A stretch of 64,000 nt of DNA from a virus, in IMG/VR virus record IMGVR_UViG_3300045988_159959; one strand, 5' to 3'. The position numbers and the translations under genes were made by a program. Of the stretch, positions 1 through 7,923 are shown piece after piece; the stretch's first letter is position 1, and each line of letters opens with the position of its first letter. Under the pieces are notes generated by a model that saw only the letters and a program-made list of their open reading frames with translations, made no database searches and was not told the origin of the DNA.

Positions 1-518
1 AGATTCAGAATATCAGTGAATTTGTCCAATTGCTCAATACCAAGAATATCTTCTTTCAAAAAACCGGCTTCGTCCATTTCTCCACCTTCCCATTCACTGA
101 CAATTAAATCGCCTGATTTTCTAACCGGACACCACTCATACATTGTCTTTTCTTTTGGAAAGATCATCATAGCACAAGCATGAATAGAAGCTGCCTTTTG
201 TTGTCCAAGAAGAAGAAAAACAATATTCATCATTTCTGGATATTTATTCAGAAATTGATTTACTTCTGACTTCTTGCAAGCAAGTTTCAAAAAATCTTCT
301 TCTGTCTTTACATCTTCTATCATTTTAGTAAGCCTCCTAAGAGTAGGAATTGAGACTCCATAGAGCTTTCCTACATCGTTTATAGCCTGTTTTATCTGTA
401 AAGTGGTATATGTACCCACAGAACAAACTTGCGAAGCTCCAAAACGATTTTCCATATATTGTTTTACTGCCGGTCGGTATTCTCCCGGCACATCTGTATC
501 AATGTCTAACGCTCCCCC
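1..518 (-). CDS. dnaE: C-family DNA polymerase (Pol III alpha/DnaE-like), downstream segment starting at the catalytic DxD motif; partial (runs off window) and without its own start codon
   Basis: My own minus-strand translation gives GGALDIDTDVPGEYRPAVKQYMENRFGASQVCSVGTYTTLQIKQAINDVGKLYGVSIPTLRRLTKMIEDV. It is absent from the ORF track because it has no ATG. It matches the PDxDxDF / YG..V..I.TFGT / A..DVGR palm motifs of DnaE. The frame is open from a TAG at 579-581 down to position 1. It continues the LLFERFL motif that ends the homologous part of ORF 2175..3728. Confidence 0.8.
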
Positions 519-574
519 TTGTCCGAAAACAAGGGGGAAATTGATCGGGGAGCGATCCCGGTACAAATCGCTCC
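514..574 (-). other. Two 8-bp stem-loops at the 3' boundary of the IscB insertion (possible IS200/IS605-type end or intron 3' structure)
   Basis: CCCCCTTG (514-521) pairs with CAAGGGGG (530-537). GGAGCGAT (549-556) pairs with ATCGCTCC (567-574). The first stem overlaps the point where DnaE homology resumes. On the minus strand, CGCTCCCC (547-554) can alternatively pair with GGGGAGCG (510-517) at the junction. Confidence 0.6.
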
Positions 575-635
575 ACCTCTATTTCTTTAATTTTTTCTAT
601 TTTCATATACCAAAATATATTAAAATTAATAAAAA

Positions 636-1865
636 CTATTCATTTTCTTTAATACACATAGGATGTCTCTTCCCTCTGCATAATTTGATTTTCCTATACG
701 AAGCATCTTTTGGATTATTCCCTTCGATATCCCGGATATTGAAACTACCTGTTTTTCTTCTACCATATATAAACATTATTTTATTGTTATATAATACTTT
801 ATCAAATAAACGAAATCCAAAAACCTCAAATGGAGATTGATTCATACGTTTCAATCCTCCCTTCTGAATCTTTATTTTATGAATCTGGCGATTATGTCTT
901 CTAATCAATTTTATCCTATAAAGGCAATTAATTCTATCAGCTTCGAAGTTCTTGGATATAATAAAAGCATCAGATGCATGAGATTTCTTTATGTTATGAA
1001 TTATACGGTTGTGTTTCGTTACATAACCGTATGTCATGAATACGTTTGGATACAAACCTTTTAAACAATCACACAACCTCCATCTCATTATCCCCATTAC
1101 GGCAGCGTCGCGAAGCGACTTGCCTCTCCGTATCTTCAAGTCTATCTTACCTTTATGATAATCATCATGACATGTCTCACATAAGGTTATTAAATTGGAT
1201 GGAGAATCACCACCGGTTTTCCTTGATTCAATATGATGAACGTTAAGGACCTTGTTTTTTGACTTACCCTTGCAATGACAGCATTTGTGACCATCACGGT
1301 ATAAGACATATTCCCTTACGTTCCAAAAACCAAGTTGTTCTCCTTCTTGATATAATTTACCCTCTATGTCAGGATTCTTGATCTTTTGTGTATCAAATTG
1401 AGCTACTTCAATAACGAGGCGAGTAATTGGCAAAATAGAATACACATTTTGAATAACGCGAATATGAGCGTCTATCTTGTTCTGCACCGAAGGTGCTAAC
1501 CATCCTTCACGTTTTGATTTTATCCTATTATCAAAACGAGGTTTTCTATACCTCAATCTTGACCGCCTTGTCCGTCTTAGCTCTCTCCTTGTAGACAAAA
1601 GATCTACCATATCACTTCTCAGAGTCACTTCACTCGCATAAAGCTCTTTGCTTTTCGTCGTTGCTGACAAACCAACATGTTTGGTTCCGGCATCAACGCC
1701 TAACGTAATTTCTTGTTTGTAACTATCGGATATGTACGTCAATCGGATGGTAAACGGACATAGGTTTACAACGACCGCCTGTTTTGTTTTAAGCAGTCTC
1801 CTAACCTTTCCATGCCTTGTTGTTGGCATAAGCGGTTTACCTTCTATGTTCTGTACATACACCAT
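636..1865 (-). CDS. iscB: IscB RNA-guided nuclease (RuvC split by HNH, Cas9 ancestor family), apparently intact
   Basis: 409 aa. N-terminal PLMP motif (EGKPLMPTTRHGK). RuvC-I LGVDAGTKHVGLS. Arg-rich bridge helix RRELRRTRRSRLRYRKPRF. RuvC-II LVIEVAQFD. HNH CCHCKG...NVHHIESRKTGGDSPSNLITLCETCHDDYH. RuvC-III KSHASDAFII. Confidence 0.85.
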   Translation of the reverse strand: MVYVQNIEGKPLMPTTRHGKVRRLLKTKQAVVVNLCPFTIRLTYISDSYKQEITLGVDAGTKHVGLSATTKSKELYASEVTLRSDMVDLLSTRRELRRTRRSRLRYRKPRFDNRIKSKREGWLAPSVQNKIDAHIRVIQNVYSILPITRLVIEVAQFDTQKIKNPDIEGKLYQEGEQLGFWNVREYVLYRDGHKCCHCKGKSKNKVLNVHHIESRKTGGDSPSNLITLCETCHDDYHKGKIDLKIRRGKSLRDAAVMGIMRWRLCDCLKGLYPNVFMTYGYVTKHNRIIHNIKKSHASDAFIISKNFEADRINCLYRIKLIRRHNRQIHKIKIQKGGLKRMNQSPFEVFGFRLFDKVLYNNKIMFIYGRRKTGSFNIRDIEGNNPKDASYRKIKLCRGKRHPMCIKENE

Positions 1866-2294
1866 TATTCACAAACAACATAATGTTTATTCAACATAAG
1901 TCAGGATAAAAATCCTGTTAGTACCCATCGCCAATGTTATCAAAGGTTTGTTGTAAGCAACACTGTTTCCCAAATACAAAAACTGTTTAATCACTTACCT
2001 TAGAACTACAGACTTGGGCAAATATCCGTAGGTAACTATCTATTCTTTAATAACGTAGTTCTTGTTTCAGAACTTAGGCTAATAACCAGATCCGATTTTA
2101 CGGATGTATTAAAATGGGATAATGATTTTATCTGATTTTAATACTATTTGCGGTTATATTCTTGTTACTTGATATTAGACTAAAATGTCATCTCCTACTT
2201 TCAACGCTTTAGTTGTTATATTGATAGGAAGGATTTTCTTTTTCCCGTCTGCAAGAGTTACCTCATACATCTTTTTCTTTTCAAAATGTCCTAA
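1866..2294 (-). ncRNA. Candidate omega RNA (HEARO-like) scaffold upstream of iscB; extent uncertain, and the guide is expected at the 5' (high-coordinate) end
   Basis: It lies immediately 5' of iscB, where IscB omega RNAs are encoded. 309 nt contain no ORF. Minus-strand hairpins: ATCCG/CGGAT, AGTTCT-gaaaca-AGAACT, TTACCT...AGGTAA, and CAGGAT-tttt-ATCCTG just before the ATG. No covariance model was run. Confidence 0.5.
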
Positions 2295-3728
2295 TCGTCC
2301 TCTTGTCAAAAATCTTTCAAAAAGTAAGTTAAACTTCAAAGGATGTGTATTTATGATACCAAAAAGATAAGAAATTAAAGAACCGCTTGCACTTCCGCGA
2401 CCCGCACCTAACAAAATGTTATTCTTTTTACACCAATTGACAATATCACGCAAAATCAAAAAGTAATCCACAACATCACCAAACTTAATAATCTTAGATT
2501 CTCTTTCGATCCTTTCCACAAGCACATCTTCCGAGTAATCTTCCAAAAGTTCCGGTTTGTTCTCCAACCCTTCATAAATCAAAGAATCAAACATATCTTC
2601 ATTGGAAGTGTATTTTTTCTTTTCTTCTTTTGTCATTTCATAACGGGGAAGATGTCGACTGTCAGTAGGAATTTCAAAGTTGCAATTTTCCGCAATCATA
2701 TCAGCGTTAGTCCTTGCTACCATATAAAATTCCTCCCCTCTTTCACTATCCCCGAACAAAGAAAGAAGTTCTTCCATGTAAGTCGCTTCATCTTTGAAAT
2801 ACTGATTGCCGGATTTGTAGTTTACTTTCCCGTCAATCTTATTTACGACTTCCCGAAGTATGGCATATTCCGGCTCAATATAATAAGCATCACAAATAGC
2901 TACGGGCTTCATTTTGGACTTATAGAACTGTTCAAAGTTCATCAAATAGAAGGTATCCCTATCGTTCTTTGTGTATTTCACGGTATCTACTTGCCAAAAC
3001 ACATTGGGTTTGTTTCTCAAAAGGATAGGAACATCTTCAAGCTGTATTGTTTTTGGATCGAATACAATGTACACATCTGAAACATGTTCCGACATGTCTT
3101 TTGGAGAAACGAATTTTCCATTATCACCACAGTTCAAAATCTTGTTTAATGCAAGCAAATGCTGCCAGCCCTTTTCATTCTTTGCATAGACTTTGTAAGT
3201 ATAGACAATATCCTTCTTTTCATCCTTTACCGGGACTTCCAGACCAAACACAGGGATGATTCCTTCTGCCTTGCAAGCGTTTTGAAATTTGAGCGCACCT
3301 GCCAAAGTTGCTTTTTCAACAATCCCCAATCTTTCTATTCCTAAGAATTTGGCTTTCTTTACCCAATCCGGGTACAATCCCGTACCATTCAAAAGTTCAA
3401 ACGATCCATGTACTCCCAAAAAATTAGTGGAAAGACCTGCCATTTCACTTTGTCCTCTCCATTTTACCCGGTTAAGTTTAGGCTCGTTTTCCTTCCCTTT
3501 GTCCAATGTGTACCATACACCACCAAGACGAAAGATGTAACCATCTTCTTCGGTGCGTTCACAATCCCAACGAAAATCCTCTGAAAAGAAATATCCATCT
3601 TCGTTAGGCTCAAAAACTTCGTATGATTTTCCCTCAAAGAAAACAGTGTAATTTTCTTTGTCGAGAGAGTATTGTATGGTATTGGAAGAAAGGTATTCTT
3701 CCAACTCATTTAAAAGTCGATCCATCAT
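2175..3728 (-). CDS. dnaE: DnaE-like polymerase, upstream segment (N-terminal extension, PHP domain and start of palm). Homology ends near 2295; the last 39 codons are insertion-derived
   Basis: PHP-type FLGVHGSFELLNGTGLYPDWVKKAKFLGIERLGIVEKATLAGALKFQNACKAEGIIPVFGLEV. Also GRGSASGSLISYLFGIINTHPLKFNLLFERFLTRGR, matching RGS.AGS...Y...IT..DP....LLFERFLNPER of DnaE. Confidence 0.85.
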   Translation of the reverse strand: MMDRLLNELEEYLSSNTIQYSLDKENYTVFFEGKSYEVFEPNEDGYFFSEDFRWDCERTEEDGYIFRLGGVWYTLDKGKENEPKLNRVKWRGQSEMAGLSTNFLGVHGSFELLNGTGLYPDWVKKAKFLGIERLGIVEKATLAGALKFQNACKAEGIIPVFGLEVPVKDEKKDIVYTYKVYAKNEKGWQHLLALNKILNCGDNGKFVSPKDMSEHVSDVYIVFDPKTIQLEDVPILLRNKPNVFWQVDTVKYTKNDRDTFYLMNFEQFYKSKMKPVAICDAYYIEPEYAILREVVNKIDGKVNYKSGNQYFKDEATYMEELLSLFGDSERGEEFYMVARTNADMIAENCNFEIPTDSRHLPRYEMTKEEKKKYTSNEDMFDSLIYEGLENKPELLEDYSEDVLVERIERESKIIKFGDVVDYFLILRDIVNWCKKNNILLGAGRGSASGSLISYLFGIINTHPLKFNLLFERFLTRGRLGHFEKKKMYEVTLADGKKKILPINITTKALKVGDDILV

Positions 3729-3752
3729 GTTTTCTTCTTTTCGTTTTCACAA

Positions 3753-3786
3753 GCAAACATACAACTTTTGTATGCAATCATTGTAT
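3753..3786 (-). promoter_or_regulatory. Putative Bacteroidota-type promoter (-7 box TATGTTTG on minus strand) inside a conserved 34-nt motif, upstream of dnaE
   Basis: The reverse complement of 3754-3761 is TATGTTTG (TAnnTTTG), 26 nt upstream of the ATG at 3728. The 21 nt at 3753-3773 are identical to 62143-62163. Confidence 0.5.
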
Positions 3787-3810
3787 GTTTTTACAATCCT
3801 TAACCCTGTT

Positions 3811-4359
3811 TTAACCTAAGTTCATTCTTGTGCTAAGTACACTTTTTATAAACTTCAATCGATTAAAAGGAGTGTCATTTGGTACTACTTCATAAGATAA
3901 TCTTCTTTCCATCAAAAACTTTCTTATTTCTGCATCCCAACATTTTCTTCTTTCTGCGTCCGCCATTCTTTCCCCATCACTCTCTACTTCCCAATAAATA
4001 GGGAAATAAAAGATAACAGGAAGGAAATATTCACTAACGTTTATAAAATCCAATTGTCTTTTCAGTTCTACATCTCTTTGAATAGAAGCAGGTATTGTTT
4101 TTGTAAACGTATGCACATCTATTATACCTCTATCGGAAACATAGCAATCTGTGTTCAGTAGTTCCGCATACTTGTCAAAAATCAGTTTTTGATTTTGGAC
4201 AGAAGTAAAGGAAGGTTCTATCTTCCCTTCCTTTACCAACTGTCTTGTTATGCTATCTATTTTGTCGAACCGGTCAAATGATCTGTCTTTCTTTAAAAGC
4301 TCAAACACAGAAGTTTTTCCAACACACGAAGCTCCCAAAAAAGTTATAGCCCTAACCAT
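3811..4359 (-). CDS. P-loop kinase, NadR/ribosylnicotinamide-kinase-like (AAA_28-type)
   Basis: Walker A GASCVGKTS. C-terminal pattern FPIYWEVESDGERMADAERRKCWDAEIRKFL resembles the D..pw..DG.R.....R region of NadR-type kinases. Confidence 0.5.
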   Translation of the reverse strand: MVRAITFLGASCVGKTSVFELLKKDRSFDRFDKIDSITRQLVKEGKIEPSFTSVQNQKLIFDKYAELLNTDCYVSDRGIIDVHTFTKTIPASIQRDVELKRQLDFINVSEYFLPVIFYFPIYWEVESDGERMADAERRKCWDAEIRKFLMERRLSYEVVPNDTPFNRLKFIKSVLSTRMNLG

Positions 4360-4913
4360 TACCGATTATCTCCGTCACCATGAATTTTGTTTTCTGCCTT
4401 TCTCTTTGCCAGCTTTTCTACATTCTGCTTTGCAATGGATACCAAAGACTGATCTTGTTCCTTCCCTTCAATGAAAGTAACAAGATTCTGTAATCCTACA
4501 AGAATCTGTTCCAACGCCATATGACAAAGTTCTTTTCTCTTTTCAGGGAAAGGTTTACTGTAATCATCGTCCCGGAAGTATTTCTTCACCTGTCCGTTAA
4601 TGATACCTACTTGTTGAAGCAAATAGGACGGGTCTGCCCTGCGAATATCTTCACCATCCAATCTGTCTATTCCAATGTGTAATTCTTTGGGGAACTCAAC
4701 CGGCGGCAATTGCAATTCCTGTCTTGTCATAGCGACATACCAAAGGACGTCTCCTATTTCCTTCATGATCTCCTTTGCTTCGGCAGCGTTATCTACCTTT
4801 TCATAAACTTCTGCCAATTCATTGGTAAGTCCCATTATCACATACGGGATAGCTACCTCTTTTGCATAACACGCTGTTGAAGCCGCGTGCGCTTCATACT
4901 CTTTAAAAGTCAT
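4359..4913 (-). CDS. mazG: MazG-like nucleoside triphosphate pyrophosphohydrolase
   Basis: LTNELAEVYEKV ... EIGDVLWYVAMT (the E..E / E.GD.LWY MazG helices). ATGA overlap with the next gene. Confidence 0.65.
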   Translation of the reverse strand: MTFKEYEAHAASTACYAKEVAIPYVIMGLTNELAEVYEKVDNAAEAKEIMKEIGDVLWYVAMTRQELQLPPVEFPKELHIGIDRLDGEDIRRADPSYLLQQVGIINGQVKKYFRDDDYSKPFPEKRKELCHMALEQILVGLQNLVTFIEGKEQDQSLVSIAKQNVEKLAKRKAENKIHGDGDNR

Positions 4914-4936
4914 AATACGAATTTAAATTAATTGAT

Positions 4937-5425
4937 TTACAACAACTTACCATCAAAACACATGATAAGCCTTTTTATTTTGATGTTTGAATATTCCACA
5001 TCTTTTTTCTTTCCGTTTACTTTGATAGTGACCGTTTGATTCTTTATATCGTTCTTCAAAATCCGATACTCCTTGTCGTCATAAATGACAATCTGATCCT
5101 TCCCAAGTAAATAGATCATATCCCAAAACCACTGTGAGTTTCTTTTCTGCTCATTGGTGGAATACTGGAAATTAGGAATACCAGTAGGGTTCAAAAATTC
5201 TTTCTCATAGAAAGAAAAGTATTCTTCTACTGAAAAGAAAATAGACCGTTTGAAATGTTTCTTTGCCAACAATTCAATCCGTTCTTTCTTAAATTCTGCA
5301 ATATCATTTGCCATCTTGATAAATTCCGGCTTATCAAAGATAAGGCTCCTTACCTTATGGGTAAAGTATTCCAATTGGAGCACTTTCAAATATTCGTCTA
5401 TCGACAATTCTCTGCTTCTATCCAT
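4937..5425 (-). CDS. hypothetical protein
   Basis: 162-aa ORF that fits the minus-strand gene array; no motif recognised. Confidence 0.5.
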   Translation of the reverse strand: MDRSRELSIDEYLKVLQLEYFTHKVRSLIFDKPEFIKMANDIAEFKKERIELLAKKHFKRSIFFSVEEYFSFYEKEFLNPTGIPNFQYSTNEQKRNSQWFWDMIYLLGKDQIVIYDDKEYRILKNDIKNQTVTIKVNGKKKDVEYSNIKIKRLIMCFDGKLL

Positions 5426-5467
5426 CTGATCTTATGATTTGTAGTTTTCAACAAAAGTAGGAATAAC

Positions 5468-6472
5468 CTACCACATTTTCTTGATTTTAGAGACGTAAAA
5501 ATTAATAGGATCATACAAGTTACTTAACACATCGTCCAGATAATCCATATCCATATCTCCCGGATCAATACCGGGCTTATAAAGATAAGCTATCTTAGTG
5601 TTGAATGTTTTTGCAAGCATTAGTCCTGCACTTTTGGATTCTTCAACAGTTGCATCATCATACATCAAGATCACATTCTCTACTCCTTTTCTTTCCAAAT
5701 AGGATATTTGTTCCTTGCTTATACTGTTTCCAAAAGTAAACACACACTTCAAATCCCTGCAATCCCAAAGTTTTAAAAGATTATCTATACCTACCTTGTC
5801 AAACAATCCTTCTACTATTATCACATCTTTTACAGCAGGAGAAAGCTCATTGTAACCACCTAATATTTTTGTAAAGTTCGTGCCTATACTGTTTTCGTAC
5901 CGTAAATGCGGCTTAGTTCCGGTTTCTTTTGCCCTCTCCAAGTCTCTTTTATGCCACTCTTTAGAATGCCTGCTTCTACCGAGCCACCCTACCAACTTAT
6001 CATCCATTTTCATTTTAAAAATGATGTAGTTTTTCAAATCCTTCTCTAAAATAGATTTGGTTTCAGAAGGTTCAAAAAGTGCATAATGATACGCCCTAAA
6101 CCCTCTTTCGTCCAAATAAGGGTCAGATTTCAGTCTTTCAAGACGAAGGGGAAGTTTTACTTCCGGCAGTTCTTCGGACACATCTTCGTCCTCATCATCT
6201 TTCAAAGGTGTAAGTTTTACACTTAATGAATTTTGATATTCCATTCGTATAAGGTCTTTCCTTCCTATCTTGTCCAGAAAATCCTTCAATGGTTTTTTGC
6301 TACCACATTTCCAACAATGAAATACTCCCCCGTGAGGATTTAAAAGAATCCCCCATTTCTTCGACTTCCCACAATAGGGACAATCCATGTTTTTATTGGA
6401 GAGCCACCCTTGCGAACCAAACAACCGAAGTCCAATCGCTGCTTTTACTTCTTCTTCGTCTATCCGTATCAT
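5468..6472 (-). CDS. dnaG: DnaG-like primase (zinc finger + TOPRIM)
   Basis: CPYCGKSKKW...HCWKCGSKK zinc ribbon. TOPRIM residues IIVEGLFDKV and VILMYDDA. Confidence 0.7.
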   Translation of the reverse strand: MIRIDEEEVKAAIGLRLFGSQGWLSNKNMDCPYCGKSKKWGILLNPHGGVFHCWKCGSKKPLKDFLDKIGRKDLIRMEYQNSLSVKLTPLKDDEDEDVSEELPEVKLPLRLERLKSDPYLDERGFRAYHYALFEPSETKSILEKDLKNYIIFKMKMDDKLVGWLGRSRHSKEWHKRDLERAKETGTKPHLRYENSIGTNFTKILGGYNELSPAVKDVIIVEGLFDKVGIDNLLKLWDCRDLKCVFTFGNSISKEQISYLERKGVENVILMYDDATVEESKSAGLMLAKTFNTKIAYLYKPGIDPGDMDMDYLDDVLSNLYDPINFYVSKIKKMW

Positions 6473-6476
6473 AAAC

Positions 6477-7910
6477 CTAAATGCTTTCCATTTTCTCTGC
6501 TTCCGCCTTTTTCTTACGTGCCTGTTTTTTTACCTCTTTCCTTTCGGAAATTTGATTGTACATTTCCATCGTCCGCCCTCTGTGATAGAATCGTCTTTTG
6601 TCATAATTGGTAGCAATTGTAATCACTTCTTGACTTTCCTTGTAATCACGGAGCTTATCGACATAAATACGGGCTGTTGCATTTTCCTTTTCTTCTATTG
6701 TCATGTTCAAAGTAAACACAAAAGAAAAAGGCTTTACAAGCGTTTTGTCACCCTCCGTATAAGAACGGTCAATTACCTTATCTGGATTGTTCCATACTTC
6801 AAACGGAACATCACTTGTCTGTGTGGCCGTAATAATAGGAGCACCTATTTCATCAGCCAAGTTCTTTAATAACTGGGCACAAGTCTGTAACTTTTCTTTC
6901 TTGTGGTCGGGATCGGAATCTATCTTTTTGGATATACCGGTCTTTACCAAATCCAGAGAATCGAGTATTACCAATCCGGGGAACTTGCCATGTGTATTAA
7001 AATAGTCATAACAAAGTTGCCGGACATCCCCCATAGAAGCCTGTCCGAACTTTTTAAATCCATACACTTCAATATCAGAACTAAGTTCCTTTACTTCTTT
7101 GATAGCCTGTTCTATCTTCTTTCTGTCCTTTGGACTGATATTGCCGGATTTAATATCGGAATAGGATTGGGCAGACCATAATTGATCGTATATTTGCATA
7201 CAGGCTTTAACGCCTCCTTCCAATTGAATATGAAGAACCGGTACACCTCTAATAGCAGCAGAATACCCATGCCATTTTAATACACTGCTCTTACCAACTC
7301 CGCTTCGAGCAATCCAAAGAGATGTATCTCCTATTTCCATCCCACCAAAAGAAACATCATCCAACCTATCTATTCCAAAAGGCACTTTTACGGGCTTTTC
7401 AGAGGCAATATCTCCTTCCATGCGTCTTTCTACCATCCGTTCATGAAAACCTCCAAAAACAGACTGAAAACCACCTGATTTGGAACGAAACGACATTTCC
7501 AATATCCTTTGGGATTCTTCGGCATTGACACGTATTGCTTCTTCCTTCTTTCCTTCTTCGTACAAGTCATGCACTTTTCTTGAAAGAAGTTCAAATTCTG
7601 TTTCCTTGACAAAAGACTGCAATTGGTCTATTGCAATTTCCCTATCTATCAAAGCCGCCTTCTTTATTTCCTTTGCCGCATCTTGTACGACATCTTCATC
7701 AGCAAATTTCTGACAAATAGCACCAATAGAAGGTAACTTATTCTTTTCTGTATATTGTATGATCGCTTCCCTAAGAATGAATTTATAGCCCGACCATTCT
7801 TTAGGAATCAATTCATATTTCAAATATTCCGAAGCTATACGCATTATGACTTCATCAGAAAACATCAATTTAAAGATTTCTGCCATGAAGCCGGGATTCA
7901 GTTTGCCCAT
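6477..7910 (-). CDS. dnaB: DnaB-like replicative helicase
   Basis: Walker A IARSGVGKSSV, Walker B LVILDSLDLV, RecA-like C-terminal domain, N-terminal helical domain. Confidence 0.75.
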   Translation of the reverse strand: MGKLNPGFMAEIFKLMFSDEVIMRIASEYLKYELIPKEWSGYKFILREAIIQYTEKNKLPSIGAICQKFADEDVVQDAAKEIKKAALIDREIAIDQLQSFVKETEFELLSRKVHDLYEEGKKEEAIRVNAEESQRILEMSFRSKSGGFQSVFGGFHERMVERRMEGDIASEKPVKVPFGIDRLDDVSFGGMEIGDTSLWIARSGVGKSSVLKWHGYSAAIRGVPVLHIQLEGGVKACMQIYDQLWSAQSYSDIKSGNISPKDRKKIEQAIKEVKELSSDIEVYGFKKFGQASMGDVRQLCYDYFNTHGKFPGLVILDSLDLVKTGISKKIDSDPDHKKEKLQTCAQLLKNLADEIGAPIITATQTSDVPFEVWNNPDKVIDRSYTEGDKTLVKPFSFVFTLNMTIEEKENATARIYVDKLRDYKESQEVITIATNYDKRRFYHRGRTMEMYNQISERKEVKKQARKKKAEAEKMESI

Positions 7911-7923
7911 TTCCTATATTGTT

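Larger units (their letters stand above)
519..2294 (-). mobile_element. IscB/omega-RNA (OMEGA, IS200/IS605-related) insertion interrupting the DnaE gene; no TnpA present; boundaries approximate
   Basis: DnaE homology stops at about 2295 (after ERFLTRGR) and resumes at about 518 (GGALDIDTD). The interval holds the iscB ORF, about 430 nt of upstream hairpin-rich sequence and two downstream hairpins. Confidence 0.7.

Noticed and set aside
2175-2294. Possibility that the DnaE interruption is an intein, because the ORF tail YEVTLADGKKKILPINITTKALKVGDDILV looks Hint block-A-like
   Set aside because: There is no Cys/Ser/Thr nucleophile at the junction. The frame hits a stop after 39 codons. The insert carries non-coding RNA-like sequence, and IscB is in a separate ORF. 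No HN motif precedes the resumption at about 518.
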